From assembly GCA_001777575.1 (NCBI GenBank), contig MFEL01000007.1, positions 1 through 42,329 of the forward strand: a stretch of DNA of 42,329 nt, given 5' to 3'. Shown in pieces: positions 25,763-37,536 of this stretch (positions within the stretch are counted from its first letter, which is position 1; every line of letters starts with the position of its first letter). Source of the DNA: Candidatus Doudnabacteria bacterium RIFCSPHIGHO2_01_FULL_46_24. Its GTDB lineage: Bacteria; Patescibacteriota; Doudnabacteria; UBA920; O2-02-FULL-48-8. Both the position numbers and the translations under genes were made by a program. Below the pieces are notes generated by a model. The model worked only from the letters and a program-made list of their open reading frames with translations. It had not been told where the DNA came from and did no database searches.

Positions 25763-28107
25763 ACAAGTCAAAAGTTAAAAGTCAAAAGTTAAAAGTCTTC
25801 CTGATACTCGGACTGCTGGTCGCGGGTGCGGCTTGGTTTGGCGCGCCCAAGGAAGCCAAGGCGGTCAGCTGCTCTTCCGCAGGCCCTGACGGGGATACGG
25901 TTTATACCAGTGCCGGGACCAGAAGGACTTATATTTACGGCGCTTCCGGTGATACCACGCAAGCAGTCATTGGGGTTTATCCGAGTAGTAGCAACGACTG
26001 GATCTGGTATTATCTTTCCGGGTATCCGGGCAATATCACTCATGATGTCAGTATGTCTGGTTTGCAGGCAGGAGGGACTAACTTTGTTTCTACTTATGTC
26101 CGCGATGGCGCGGGCAATTGGAGCAACCGGTGCGGTTATAACACTTTCTACTTAAGAGTGCCGCCTGCGCCATCCTTATCCTCGGTCTACCCGCAAGCCT
26201 CGTCCACCACGGCTACCTCTGGCAGTTTCCGCATTTCCGCCACCGGGGTTTCGAATGTTGACGCCATGTATTTCCCGACTTGGTCGGAAGTTTCCGGCCA
26301 GGATGACATTGTCTGGTATTCCGGCTCCAATGACGGCGGCGGCAATTGGCACGCCGATCTCAACTTGGCTTCTCATCCGGGACTGGGCTCAATCATCACC
26401 CATGTTTACGGCCGAAGCTCGTATACTGGCGCTTTGTCATTTTTGGGCAACACTTCTTTCCAGCGCGTCGCACCTCCCCCCACTGCCTCCATCTCCATCT
26501 CTCCCTCTTCCATTGCCTATAACGGCAGCGCTACCATCAGCTGGTCTTCCACTAATGCCACGTCCTGCACGGCCCAGGGTGATCCGGCAAGCTGGCAAGG
26601 CGGTATTGCCACTTCCGGCTCCCAAACTGGCAACTTTACCCAATCCGCCACGTATCGCATTTCCTGCTCCGGCCCCGGGGGAACCAGTTCCCAGGCCAGT
26701 GCGACTTTGACTGTGGCGGCTCCGCCGGCTCCCACTGCCGATATTCGCATCAATAATTCCAACGGCCCGGTTTACATTAACTACAATACCTCGGCCACTC
26801 TCAGCTGGTCTTCGAGCAACGCCACCTCCTGCACGGCCCAAGGTGACCCTTCCTCCTGGCAAGGCGGTATTGCCACTTCCGGCTCCCAGACTGGCAACTT
26901 TACCGCCTCCGCCACTTACCGGATTGCCTGTACCGGTCCAGGCGGGACAGCCACAGACAGCGTTGTTCTAAATATCAATCCGCAGCCAGCCTGCTCCTCG
27001 GCCGGGCCGGACGGAGTTTCGGTTGCTTACAATGCTTCCCACACGGTTTATGCCTATGGCGTTTCCAACGCCTCGGCCGTGAATTTCCCCACTTGGTCAG
27101 ACACAAACGGCCAGGATGACGTTGTCTGGTATTCAGGATCAAACCAAGGGAGCGGGACTTGGGCTGCGACCATTGATTTTAACCGCCATAGCGGCAGCGG
27201 AGCCTACAATGTCCATGTTTATCTTTACAACGGCAATTACAGCAATGTCTGGTGTGACACGGCTAATTTTACCCGCCAAAATCCGCCTAGCCCCTCCTTA
27301 AGTTCTGTTTCCCCGGAATCCTCAACCACCACGGCTACCTCTGGCAGTTTCCGCATTTCGGCCACCGGGGTCAGCAACACCGACGCCATGTATTTTCCGA
27401 CCTGGTCAGAAGTGTCCGGCCAGGACGACGTTGTCTGGTATCCGGTGGATAACAACGGCGGCGGCAACTGGTCGCAATATATCAATTTGGAATCCCATCC
27501 GGGACTGGGCTCAATCATCACCCACGTCTATGGCCGCAGCCTTTACACCGGATCCTGGTCGTTAATCGGCAATACATCCTTCCAGCGCGTCCAGCCAGCG
27601 CCGCCTTCTTGCACTTCCTCCGGCCCCAGCGGCGACACTACGTCAGCCACCAGCGGCACTCGCCGCGCCAATGCTTACGGCGTGGTGAATGCCAGCGAGG
27701 TTTACTTCCCCACCTGGTCTGACCCCGGATGGCAAGACGACGTTGTCTGGTATCCGGGCACTAATGCCGGGGGTGGCACCTGGTATGCGGATGCCAACCT
27801 CGCCTCCCATCCCGGCCTTGGTACGATTAATGTCCATATTTATACCAGAAATCCCGGTAACGGCTATGGCAATACCTGGTGCGGAACGGCTAATTTTACT
27901 CGCGTGCCGCCCAATGGGACGGTGAATGTCAATTCCAACCGGCCTACGTCCTGGACCTTAACCGGGCCATACGGGACTTATCAAGGTGGGCCGAACGCCA
28001 CCTCCCAAAGCTATACCGTGCCTTATGGCGACAACTATACAGTTACTCCCGGCAGCATTCCGGGCTATGACGCCACCATCACCCCGGCGCAGCGGTTGGG
28101 GCCTTAA
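25759..28107 (+). CDS. Large secreted protein with GBS Bsp-like and Ig/PKD-like repeats
   Basis: Four clear FPTWS...QDD.VWY repeats and two ATxSWSS.NATSCTA modules; signal peptide. Confidence 0.85.
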   Translation: MNKSKVKSQKLKVFLILGLLVAGAAWFGAPKEAKAVSCSSAGPDGDTVYTSAGTRRTYIYGASGDTTQAVIGVYPSSSNDWIWYYLSGYPGNITHDVSMSGLQAGGTNFVSTYVRDGAGNWSNRCGYNTFYLRVPPAPSLSSVYPQASSTTATSGSFRISATGVSNVDAMYFPTWSEVSGQDDIVWYSGSNDGGGNWHADLNLASHPGLGSIITHVYGRSSYTGALSFLGNTSFQRVAPPPTASISISPSSIAYNGSATISWSSTNATSCTAQGDPASWQGGIATSGSQTGNFTQSATYRISCSGPGGTSSQASATLTVAAPPAPTADIRINNSNGPVYINYNTSATLSWSSSNATSCTAQGDPSSWQGGIATSGSQTGNFTASATYRIACTGPGGTATDSVVLNINPQPACSSAGPDGVSVAYNASHTVYAYGVSNASAVNFPTWSDTNGQDDVVWYSGSNQGSGTWAATIDFNRHSGSGAYNVHVYLYNGNYSNVWCDTANFTRQNPPSPSLSSVSPESSTTTATSGSFRISATGVSNTDAMYFPTWSEVSGQDDVVWYPVDNNGGGNWSQYINLESHPGLGSIITHVYGRSLYTGSWSLIGNTSFQRVQPAPPSCTSSGPSGDTTSATSGTRRANAYGVVNASEVYFPTWSDPGWQDDVVWYPGTNAGGGTWYADANLASHPGLGTINVHIYTRNPGNGYGNTWCGTANFTRVPPNGTVNVNSNRPTSWTLTGPYGTYQGGPNATSQSYTVPYGDNYTVTPGSIPGYDATITPAQRLGP

Positions 28108-28156
28108 TTAATGTTATATTTAATCCGCCTGTTGGCGGAAAGAAAGGAATCTATGT

Positions 28157-28534
28157 ATGAAAGCTAAAATACTTGGGGCAATCGTGCTCATCGCGGTACT
28201 TTTGTTTGTCGCTTATACGTTTAACCAAAGTAACAAGCAGGAACAGCCGTCTGCTGAGTCTGCTTCCAAGCAAGCGCAAAACCCTCAATTCATCTTGGGC
28301 AACGTCAGCAGGACCGACAGTGGCATGATTTATTTTGACGTGGGCGGCAGCGAAAAAGCGGCGGCGGTTTCCGCTGAAACCTTTCTCATCAAGCAGGTCA
28401 AGGACAAAGACGGGCTTAAGAATGTCCCGGCTGAGTTTGCTGATTTCATAAGCGGCTCCGCAATCGTCGTCTACTATGCAAGTGAGCCGCAGGGCGACAC
28501 TTATCAGGCAACCAAAGTCCAAATAATCAATTGA
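28157..28534 (+). CDS. Membrane-anchored beta-rich protein (DUF5666-like pattern)
   Basis: N-terminal TM; V..ET...FADF..G..IVV...ATKVQI. Confidence 0.6.
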   Translation: MKAKILGAIVLIAVLLFVAYTFNQSNKQEQPSAESASKQAQNPQFILGNVSRTDSGMIYFDVGGSEKAAAVSAETFLIKQVKDKDGLKNVPAEFADFISGSAIVVYYASEPQGDTYQATKVQIIN

Positions 28535-29079
28535 CAAACAGGAAGGGTAAAAAGCAATTAGGTTTTACTTTGATTGAATTAACCGTCAGCATTTTTATTC
28601 TGGCGGTTATTTCTTCCATTGCCGTGGCCAACTATCGCGCAGGCGAAAAACGGCGTCAGGTTTCGCTGGCGGTCGATGGCATAGTCAATTCAGTCCGGCT
28701 TGCCCAGACTTACGCGTTGACGGGAAAGCAGATCGAATCAACTTCTTGTGCGAGCAAGGCGCCCAAAGATTACCGTGTCAATTTTTCCTCGTCATCCGAA
28801 TACGTGCTCTATTCGGATGACACTTGCGGCAATTCTTTTGAACTTCAAAGATTTAGCTTGCCTGCCCAGACGCAGATGAAAGCCGGGGAATTGAGACTGA
28901 ACAGCGCTTCGGTTAACAGCCTCTCAATTATGTTTGAGCCGCCGTTCGGCAGGCTCACCGCGTCAACCGGAGGGGTATTTAGCTCGTTTACCAGCGCCAG
29001 CATCGGGGTGGAGCAGAAAGACGGGACAGTCACCAAATCCGCGACTGTGGACGGCGTCTCTGGGCGCATCGGAGAGTAA
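28531..29079 (+). CDS. Minor pilin (FimT/GspH-like)
   Basis: LG|FTLIELTV, VRLAQTYALTG, I.FEPPFG. Confidence 0.88.
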   Translation: MTNRKGKKQLGFTLIELTVSIFILAVISSIAVANYRAGEKRRQVSLAVDGIVNSVRLAQTYALTGKQIESTSCASKAPKDYRVNFSSSSEYVLYSDDTCGNSFELQRFSLPAQTQMKAGELRLNSASVNSLSIMFEPPFGRLTASTGGVFSSFTSASIGVEQKDGTVTKSATVDGVSGRIGE

Positions 29080-29082
29080 ATC

Positions 29083-29835
29083 ATGAATCACGTATCACGT
29101 ACCACGTATCACGTACCACGTATCAAGAAGCTGTTACGTGTTTCGTGTTGCGGGTTATGTGACCAAGAGGGACAAACTCTGATCGAAACCATGCTCGCTA
29201 TTTTTATATTAACCACCTCCCTGGTGGCCGGTTTGGGCTTGGCCATTTATGTCTTGAATTCTCAAGCGGTATCCAAAAACCAGATCGTGGCCACCAACCT
29301 CGCGCGGGAAGGGATCGAGGTCATTCGCATGTTTCGGGATTCCAATTGGTTGCTGGCCGAGCCTGATCCAGCCTCTCCGGATCCTGACCTAACCGATGAT
29401 TTGCAGAGCTGTCCGGACTTGGGCGGGACCCCTTGTTATCCCAAAGTTTATGATGCCCCGTTTCGAGACCTCAATCCGGCCAGTTACCCTGCCTTTGCTG
29501 ATGCCAACTACCGGCTGAATTTCAACCCAACGACCCGGGTTTGGAGCACGGACACATCTGACGATTACAGTTTATACCTGCAAGCCGACAAATCTTACTC
29601 TCATGCGCAAAACGGCCAATCTGTTTTCGCCAGACAGGTCAAGCTCAGCTTCGCGCCGATTACGGACGGCAGCTGTTCTGCTGTGTGCAATAACCGCACG
29701 CTCATCGTTAAATCAATCGTCGCCTGGCGAGGCAAGAATTGTACGGAATTCAGCACCGGTGATTTGGAAAGCCTCAGCACGTCCTGTAAGATTTTGGTGG
29801 AAGAACATTTGGCTAACTGGAAGGACTACAAATGA
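29083..29835 (+). CDS. Minor pilin (PilV-like) with a repeat-extended leader
   Basis: EG|QTLIETM, ATNLAREGIEVIR..RDSNW. Confidence 0.88.
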   Translation: MNHVSRTTYHVPRIKKLLRVSCCGLCDQEGQTLIETMLAIFILTTSLVAGLGLAIYVLNSQAVSKNQIVATNLAREGIEVIRMFRDSNWLLAEPDPASPDPDLTDDLQSCPDLGGTPCYPKVYDAPFRDLNPASYPAFADANYRLNFNPTTRVWSTDTSDDYSLYLQADKSYSHAQNGQSVFARQVKLSFAPITDGSCSAVCNNRTLIVKSIVAWRGKNCTEFSTGDLESLSTSCKILVEEHLANWKDYK

Positions 29836-30446
29836 CACGTAGCACGAATCACATATCACGTATCAAAAATTTCAGCCTGTTACGTGTTACGGGTTGCGTG
29901 TTACGTGACAAAAAGGGCTTCACCATGATCGAGGCAGTGGTGTCTTCGGCGGTTTTCGCCTTTGCTGTGGTTTCCGTCCTGGGAATTTATGCCTTGACGA
30001 TTCGGCTGGACAGCAAAAGTCGAGCCGAGCGGGCAGTGGCCGAAAACGCCAGGTTTATTTTGGAGTATCTGGCCAAATCCATCCGCAACGGGACCATTGA
30101 TTATTCCAGGTATCCTGGTTCGAACGCGAATAATTCATCTGACAGCGTGTGGTTTATCAACCAAGCCAATGAAAATGAACACATATATCTGGACGGTAGT
30201 GCTATCAAGCTGGAAAAAACCTCGGTTACGAATCTCAATTCATCGGGGGTGCGGGTGACTGATTTTAAGCTTTTAGCATCGCCTGCCTCAAATCCGCTGA
30301 CAAGCGCGAAATTGGCTAACCAACAGCCAAGCTTAACAGTAATGATAGAGCTATCCAGCAATTATGGTCAAAAGGTCGGAGATATTACGGTTTTGAATAT
30401 CCAAACCACGCTTACCAGCCGCGATTATCCATCAAGAGACCAATGA
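29832..30446 (+). CDS. Minor pilin (PilW/GspJ-like) with a repeat-extended leader
   Basis: KG|FTMIEAVV, ENARFILEYLAKSIR. Confidence 0.88.
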   Translation: MTRSTNHISRIKNFSLLRVTGCVLRDKKGFTMIEAVVSSAVFAFAVVSVLGIYALTIRLDSKSRAERAVAENARFILEYLAKSIRNGTIDYSRYPGSNANNSSDSVWFINQANENEHIYLDGSAIKLEKTSVTNLNSSGVRVTDFKLLASPASNPLTSAKLANQQPSLTVMIELSSNYGQKVGDITVLNIQTTLTSRDYPSRDQ

Positions 30447-31153
30447 AATTACAATCACAATCCGGCATCACTTTGTTATTTTCCGTATTCGTCATGTCTG
30501 GCGTGGCTTTGATCACCATGTCCGTGGGATTTTTCGCGATTCAAGAATTGCGCGCTTCCAGATCCGTAATCCTTTCCGAACCGGCGATTGGGGCGGCAGA
30601 AACAGCGGCAGAATCGGGCCTGTGGCAGCTTTACCGCACTTCCTCTCAGCCGAGTAATTGCCAGACAGGCGTTGATACAAGGGTGCTGACAGCAAGCCAG
30701 ACTTTGGATTCTCGCTGTATCAAGTATGCCAGCGCAACCATTGGAGTGACTGCCGGGGCCGAGTACGTGTTCAATCTCTACGATCCCAATAATCGCAACG
30801 GCAACCTAAACCCCGGCTACACGTCCATTGTGGCGACTTACCTCAATGGGGCGACCAGTCTGACCATTCGAGTCGAACGCCTTGATGCGATCTTAGTTTC
30901 TTCGACTACCATTCCACCAGGAAGCCAGGCCACTCAAATCACCCTGCCTACCAGCCCCTCGGATGACAATCGGTTTCGAGTGATTATGAGCTCTGCCGGC
31001 AATGTGACTGTGGATGTAAATACTAACTTGGGTATGTCTGATTTTCCGACTCTTGCTACTGAAGGTTGTGCCACTCAAGGCACAGACCCCAGTTCGTGTT
31101 TAACATCAAAAGACGCCTTCCGGCGCAAGCTGGAAGTGTTGGTTCCCAGATAG
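30443..31153 (+). CDS. Minor pilin (PilX/GspK-like)
   Basis: SG|ITLLF lacking E5; A..AAETAAE.GL. Confidence 0.82.
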   Translation: MKLQSQSGITLLFSVFVMSGVALITMSVGFFAIQELRASRSVILSEPAIGAAETAAESGLWQLYRTSSQPSNCQTGVDTRVLTASQTLDSRCIKYASATIGVTAGAEYVFNLYDPNNRNGNLNPGYTSIVATYLNGATSLTIRVERLDAILVSSTTIPPGSQATQITLPTSPSDDNRFRVIMSSAGNVTVDVNTNLGMSDFPTLATEGCATQGTDPSSCLTSKDAFRRKLEVLVPR

Positions 31154-31158
31154 GGAAA

Positions 31159-31737
31159 TTAAGGCAGTTTTATAACTTGTCCCACCGTGATCAGATCCGA
31201 TTTTTGAAGATTGGGATTGACAGCAATAATATCATCCACAGTGATATTGAACGAACGGGCGATGCTGATTAGGGTATCGCCTTTTTTGATGGTGTAAATT
31301 TTTCCCTCAACTTTGCTGGTTGTCGCTTGGGGGATTTTCAAAGTTTGCCCGGCATGCAAAACATAAGGCTCATTAAGGCCGTTGATTTGGGCAATGAGGT
31401 CCCAGCGGATGTCGTATTCCTGGCTGATGTTGAATAGAGTATCGCCGTTTTTGACCACATAATTGGTGAATTCTTCATCTGCCTCCTTAACTGCCCCCTC
31501 AGCCGTGGAAGTTCCCAAGACTTGCTTGTCAGCAGGTATGGGCGAGGTTTGAGTTTGGGCCAATTCTGGCATAGAATAAGAGTAGGAGGCTGGTTTTTTG
31601 TAAAATAGGTTGGCGCCTAGCAAGAGGCTTAGGACCAACAAAAACACCCCGGCGACCGTAAACTTCCGATCCCGCTTGGATTCGGGAGCAATCTGGGCGC
31701 GAAGCTCAGGGGATAGATGGGGGCGAATATACCTCAT
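31159..31737 (-). CDS. Membrane-anchored protein with two LysM domains
   Basis: YVVKNGDTLFNIS and YTIKKGDTLISIA. Confidence 0.93.
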   Translation of the reverse strand: MRYIRPHLSPELRAQIAPESKRDRKFTVAGVFLLVLSLLLGANLFYKKPASYSYSMPELAQTQTSPIPADKQVLGTSTAEGAVKEADEEFTNYVVKNGDTLFNISQEYDIRWDLIAQINGLNEPYVLHAGQTLKIPQATTSKVEGKIYTIKKGDTLISIARSFNITVDDIIAVNPNLQKSDLITVGQVIKLP

Positions 31738-31801
31738 TAGTCTCTCGATTTGATTTGTTATTTATTTCAAGCCAAATTTGAAGCCTTCAGTTGAATTTTA
31801 G

Positions 31802-33817
<2,016 letters not shown>

Positions 33818-33824
33818 AAAAGTT

Positions 33825-34532
33825 ATGTTAATTCGGCCGATTAAAACCAGAATTTTTAAAGCCAACAAGTCGTTGGATAAATTTATTTTGCGTTATCTGC
33901 CGAAAGTGCCGGATAGAAGCATAATTGTGATTACCTCTAAAATTGTTGCCTTGTCGCAAGGACGAGTGCTGCATTTGGCAGATAAAATCAAAGTAATCAA
34001 GCAGGAAAGCGACCAATACATTAAGACCAAATGGTGTTATTTGACCCTGAAGGACGGCCACTGGTGCGCCAACGCCGGGATTGATGAATCGAATGTGGAA
34101 AGCGGCGGGATTATTTTATGGCCCAAGGATTTGTTTAAAACTGCGGAAAAATTACGGGCAAGATTGTTGAAGAAATATAAAATTAAAAATTTGGGAATTC
34201 TGATTACTGACAGCCGGATTTTTCCACTTCGCGCCGGGGTCACGGGTGTGGCACTCGCTTATGCGGGGTTTAGCGGTTTGCGTGATTATATCGGAACCAA
34301 TGATCTATTCGGGCGCAAGCTAAAAATGACCAAAACCAACGTTGCCGACAGTTTGGCTTCGGCGGCAGTTTTAGCCATGGGGGAGGGCGCAGAAAGTCTT
34401 CCGCTTGCTCTAATCACGGATACGGTGGTAAAATTCAGAGTTAAAGTTGATCCGCGTGAGCTGGCAATTGATCCAAAGATTGATCTGTACCGGCCGTTAT
34501 TTGCGCGGTTGGACTCAAGGAGGAAGCGATGA
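33825..34532 (+). CDS. CofE-like gamma-glutamyl ligase, paralog 2
   Basis: ITSKIVA, NAGIDESN, ITDS, MGEG; clearly homologous to 7684-8403. Confidence 0.9.
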   Translation: MLIRPIKTRIFKANKSLDKFILRYLPKVPDRSIIVITSKIVALSQGRVLHLADKIKVIKQESDQYIKTKWCYLTLKDGHWCANAGIDESNVESGGIILWPKDLFKTAEKLRARLLKKYKIKNLGILITDSRIFPLRAGVTGVALAYAGFSGLRDYIGTNDLFGRKLKMTKTNVADSLASAAVLAMGEGAESLPLALITDTVVKFRVKVDPRELAIDPKIDLYRPLFARLDSRRKR

Positions 34533-35521
34533 AGCAGGCATTTGCGACACCCATTCTGGCACGATTGGCCAGGCGGGCCGGTGTTAAAGTGAACATCGAG
34601 CCGCAGTTCGGCTATGCAGGACAAGTCGTCCTGCCCGACGGCAGGAAGAAGTATTTTCGCGGTACGAATTTCGACCTCAATGGTTTGGGGGCGTCCGAGA
34701 TCGCCAAGGACAAGGACTACGCGAACTTTTTTCTCGCGTCCATGGGCTACCCAGTAATCAAAGGCCGGGCATTCTTCAGTCCGGACTGGGCGCGTATTAT
34801 CCGAAACCGGCGCACGATTGGAGCGGCGCACGCTTACGCCAAACAACTCGGCTTTCCTGTCATCGTCAAGCCCAACAGCTTAAGCCAGGGCAGCGGCGTG
34901 GCCAAAGTGCACAACCGGGCCGAATTCTTCCAGGCCGTCAGAGCAATCTGCAAAAAGGATCGGGTTTTCCTGGTTCAGCGGGTGGTGAGCGGCCGCGATT
35001 ATCGCGTGGTGGTTCTCGACGGCAAGGTTATGTCGGCATATGAACGTCTGCCTTTGCAAGTGGTCGGCGACGGCAAGGCGACAATAGCCAAGCTGCTCTC
35101 CCGCAAGCAAAAGCAGTTTCGACGGGAGGGCCGGGATACCGTCATCAAACAGATGGACTTCAGGATTTCGAACCATCTGCGCCGGCAGGGACTCAGTCGC
35201 CGCAGTGTTCCCGCTCGCGGCGAGGTCGTCACACTTCTGGACAACCGCAACCTGTCGTCAGGCGGGGATGCGGTGGATGTAACCGGACAGATTCATCCGA
35301 GCTTCCGCCGGCTCTGTGTCAGGATGACTCGAGACATGGGATTGCGCTACTCCGGCGTTGACCTCATGGTGGAGGGCAAGCTCAGCGAACCGATCAATCG
35401 GTTCTTTGTCATCGAAGTTAACGCTGCGCCGGGAATCGACAATTATGCGCACGGCGGGAAGAAACAGCGCCGGATTGTCGACCAGATGTACCTGAAGGTG
35501 CTGCGCGCCTTAGCCAAGTAA
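34529..35521 (+). CDS. ATP-grasp ligase resembling the cyanophycin-synthetase N-terminal / GshAB ATP-grasp domain
   Basis: AKDKD, FPVIVKPN...G.GV, DYRVVV, VVGDG..TI..L, NLSSGG, GVD, IEVNAAPG. Confidence 0.85.
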   Translation: MKQAFATPILARLARRAGVKVNIEPQFGYAGQVVLPDGRKKYFRGTNFDLNGLGASEIAKDKDYANFFLASMGYPVIKGRAFFSPDWARIIRNRRTIGAAHAYAKQLGFPVIVKPNSLSQGSGVAKVHNRAEFFQAVRAICKKDRVFLVQRVVSGRDYRVVVLDGKVMSAYERLPLQVVGDGKATIAKLLSRKQKQFRREGRDTVIKQMDFRISNHLRRQGLSRRSVPARGEVVTLLDNRNLSSGGDAVDVTGQIHPSFRRLCVRMTRDMGLRYSGVDLMVEGKLSEPINRFFVIEVNAAPGIDNYAHGGKKQRRIVDQMYLKVLRALAK

Positions 35522-35614
35522 TTGGGCACGCTCGTTTGGATTGGAAATCCTTAACGATCGTGCCGTTCTTTTTTAGTGCTATAATATATGAACTGATTAT
35601 TAAAACATTTGATT

Positions 35615-36304
35615 ATGAAACTTGATAAAAAAACCAGCGTATTCATAGGCCTGTTTATAGTTTTGGGACTTGTGGCGCTACAATTTAAACTTTCTAATTT
35701 GGCCGGCTCCAAGGTCTCGTTTACGGTTTTTGACGCTTTTGGCCCCATGGCGGGAGCTTTTTTGGGGCCGATTTTTGGCGCGCTGTCGGTTTTTTTGATG
35801 CAGGCGATTAACTTTTTGATTCATGGCGCGTTTGCGGCGGATTGGGGGACGTATGTCAGGTTTATCCCGCCGTTGTTTGCGGCTATGTATTTTGGCAAGA
35901 GAACAAAACTGAATATTTGGGTGCCGCTTTTGGCGATTGTCAGCTTTAATATTGACCCCGTAGGTCGTTCTGTTTGGTACTATTCTCTGTTTTGGCTGAT
36001 TCCGATTATTTGCTATTTTTGGCAGGAGCGTCTTTTGTTGGCCAGGAGCCTGGGCGCCACTTTTATGGCGCACGCCGTAGGCGGAGCGATTTGGATTCAT
36101 GCTTTCGCTTTGCCGAAAGCAGTTTGGATAGGGTTGATTCCCGTGGTAGCAATGGAAAGACTGCTGTTTGCCGCAGGCATCGCGCTTTCGTATCTGGTTT
36201 TGAATAATGTAATCAACCTTTTGGTTGAAAAGAAATTGTTATCGGCGGGACTGACGCTGGATCCAAGATATCTTTGGCGGCGGAAACAAGGAAGTCATGT
36301 CTAA
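35615..36304 (+). CDS. Polytopic membrane protein, possibly an ECF S-component-like transporter
   Basis: About 6-7 TM segments; GAFLGPIFG motif; overlaps the downstream DHFR-like gene. Confidence 0.6.
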   Translation: MKLDKKTSVFIGLFIVLGLVALQFKLSNLAGSKVSFTVFDAFGPMAGAFLGPIFGALSVFLMQAINFLIHGAFAADWGTYVRFIPPLFAAMYFGKRTKLNIWVPLLAIVSFNIDPVGRSVWYYSLFWLIPIICYFWQERLLLARSLGATFMAHAVGGAIWIHAFALPKAVWIGLIPVVAMERLLFAAGIALSYLVLNNVINLLVEKKLLSAGLTLDPRYLWRRKQGSHV

Positions 36305-36824
36305 GCCAGCATTTATTGCTGTTGCTGCCGTAACTTTGGACGGCAGAATTGCGGCCTATCGAGGACAGAACACTGATTGGACTAGGAAAGAAGACAAGCA
36401 ATTTTTGCGCAAGTTTTTGGATAAATGCGATGTTGTTTTGGTGGGACGCACCACTTACAGAGTTGCTTACGCGCCTTTATCCAAACGGAACTGCATAGTT
36501 TTGACCAGCCGAGTTAAAACTGTTTTCAAAAAGAGTCCCCTAGCCTTTTTTTGCAATCCAAAAGCAGTTGATCTACTTGCCTTGATTAAGCGTTTAGGTT
36601 ATAAGCAAGTCGCAGTTTTGGGAGGACAGAAAGTTTACAGCTATTGCCTGGAAAAGGGCCTGTTAGATGAATTATTTTTGACAATAGAGCCCTTGATTTT
36701 CGGCAGGGGATTGAATTTGTTGGAAATAAAGAAGTTGCCGCGCCAGCGAGTAAATTTACTTTCATTTAAACGGCTCAACTCCAAAGGCAGTGCTCTTTTG
36801 CATTACAGATTGACAAAAAAGTAA
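36297..36824 (+). CDS. DHFR / RibD C-terminal-family reductase
   Basis: AAVTLDGRIA, VLVGRTTY, VLGG, LLDELFLTIEPLIFGRG. Confidence 0.9.
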   Translation: MSKPAFIAVAAVTLDGRIAAYRGQNTDWTRKEDKQFLRKFLDKCDVVLVGRTTYRVAYAPLSKRNCIVLTSRVKTVFKKSPLAFFCNPKAVDLLALIKRLGYKQVAVLGGQKVYSYCLEKGLLDELFLTIEPLIFGRGLNLLEIKKLPRQRVNLLSFKRLNSKGSALLHYRLTKK

Positions 36825-36844
36825 TTATGTAATAAACTATTACT
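36810..36844 (+). promoter_or_regulatory. vapBC promoter with an overlapping inverted repeat
   Basis: TTGACA-N17-TAAACT; AGTAAT...ATTACT. Confidence 0.6.
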
Positions 36845-36847
36845 AGT

Positions 36848-37150
36848 ATGAAAATACAACATATTGCTAAGACCAACGAAAAAGGCCAAATTGTCATCCC
36901 CAAGGATTTAAGAGACGAATTAGGAATTAGTGATAAAGTTTCTTTACACTTAGTCAAAAAAGGCCCGGGTATTTACATTTACCCTGTAAGCGAAGTTATA
37001 GGCGAATTTGACACTGTTAATTCTTATCTTGCCATTTTAGAAAAAACTCAAGGCAGTTGGGGTCCCGAAACTGTGGAAGAAAAAAGGAGGGAAAAAGCTC
37101 AAAAAAAAATGGAACAAAAAGCGGCAAGATTGGGTAAACAACAATGGTAA
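36848..37150 (+). CDS. vapB: AbrB/MazE-type antitoxin
   Basis: KGQIVIPKDLRDELGI. Confidence 0.88.
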   Translation: MKIQHIAKTNEKGQIVIPKDLRDELGISDKVSLHLVKKGPGIYIYPVSEVIGEFDTVNSYLAILEKTQGSWGPETVEEKRREKAQKKMEQKAARLGKQQW

Positions 37151-37530
37151 TTCTAGATACTAACGTAATCATTGACCATCTTAGACAAGAAAAGGGTCAA
37201 GAGACTTTGCTAAAACGTCTTATTCGAAACAATCTTCAAGAAGATTTGGCAATTTCAATAATATCTATTCAAGAATTATACAGAGGTCAAAGCACTAAGG
37301 ATTCGGAAAAAGAAAATAATATATTGACAACAGTCAGCGCTTTAAAAATTTTGTCTTATTCTTACGAGGCTGCGGAGCTCGCCGGCAAGTTAGCACGCGA
37401 CAGTAAGGGGACTATTGAGTTTGCCGATGCGGCGATTGCGGCCACAGCCTTGGTTAATAATGGCAGTTTGGCGACCTTAAACAAAAAAGACTTCGTCCAA
37501 ATCCCGAATTTGGAATTGCTAGATATTTGA
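37144..37530 (+). CDS. vapC: PIN-domain toxin
   Basis: ILDTNVIIDHL, SIQEL, DAAIAATA, TLNKKDF. Confidence 0.93.
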   Translation: MVILDTNVIIDHLRQEKGQETLLKRLIRNNLQEDLAISIISIQELYRGQSTKDSEKENNILTTVSALKILSYSYEAAELAGKLARDSKGTIEFADAAIAATALVNNGSLATLNKKDFVQIPNLELLDI

Positions 37531-37536
37531 AACAAA

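Noticed and set aside
34529-35521. Full cyanophycin synthetase (cphA)
   Set aside because: Only 330 aa; it lacks the Mur-ligase-like C-terminal half and there is no adjacent cyanophycinase.
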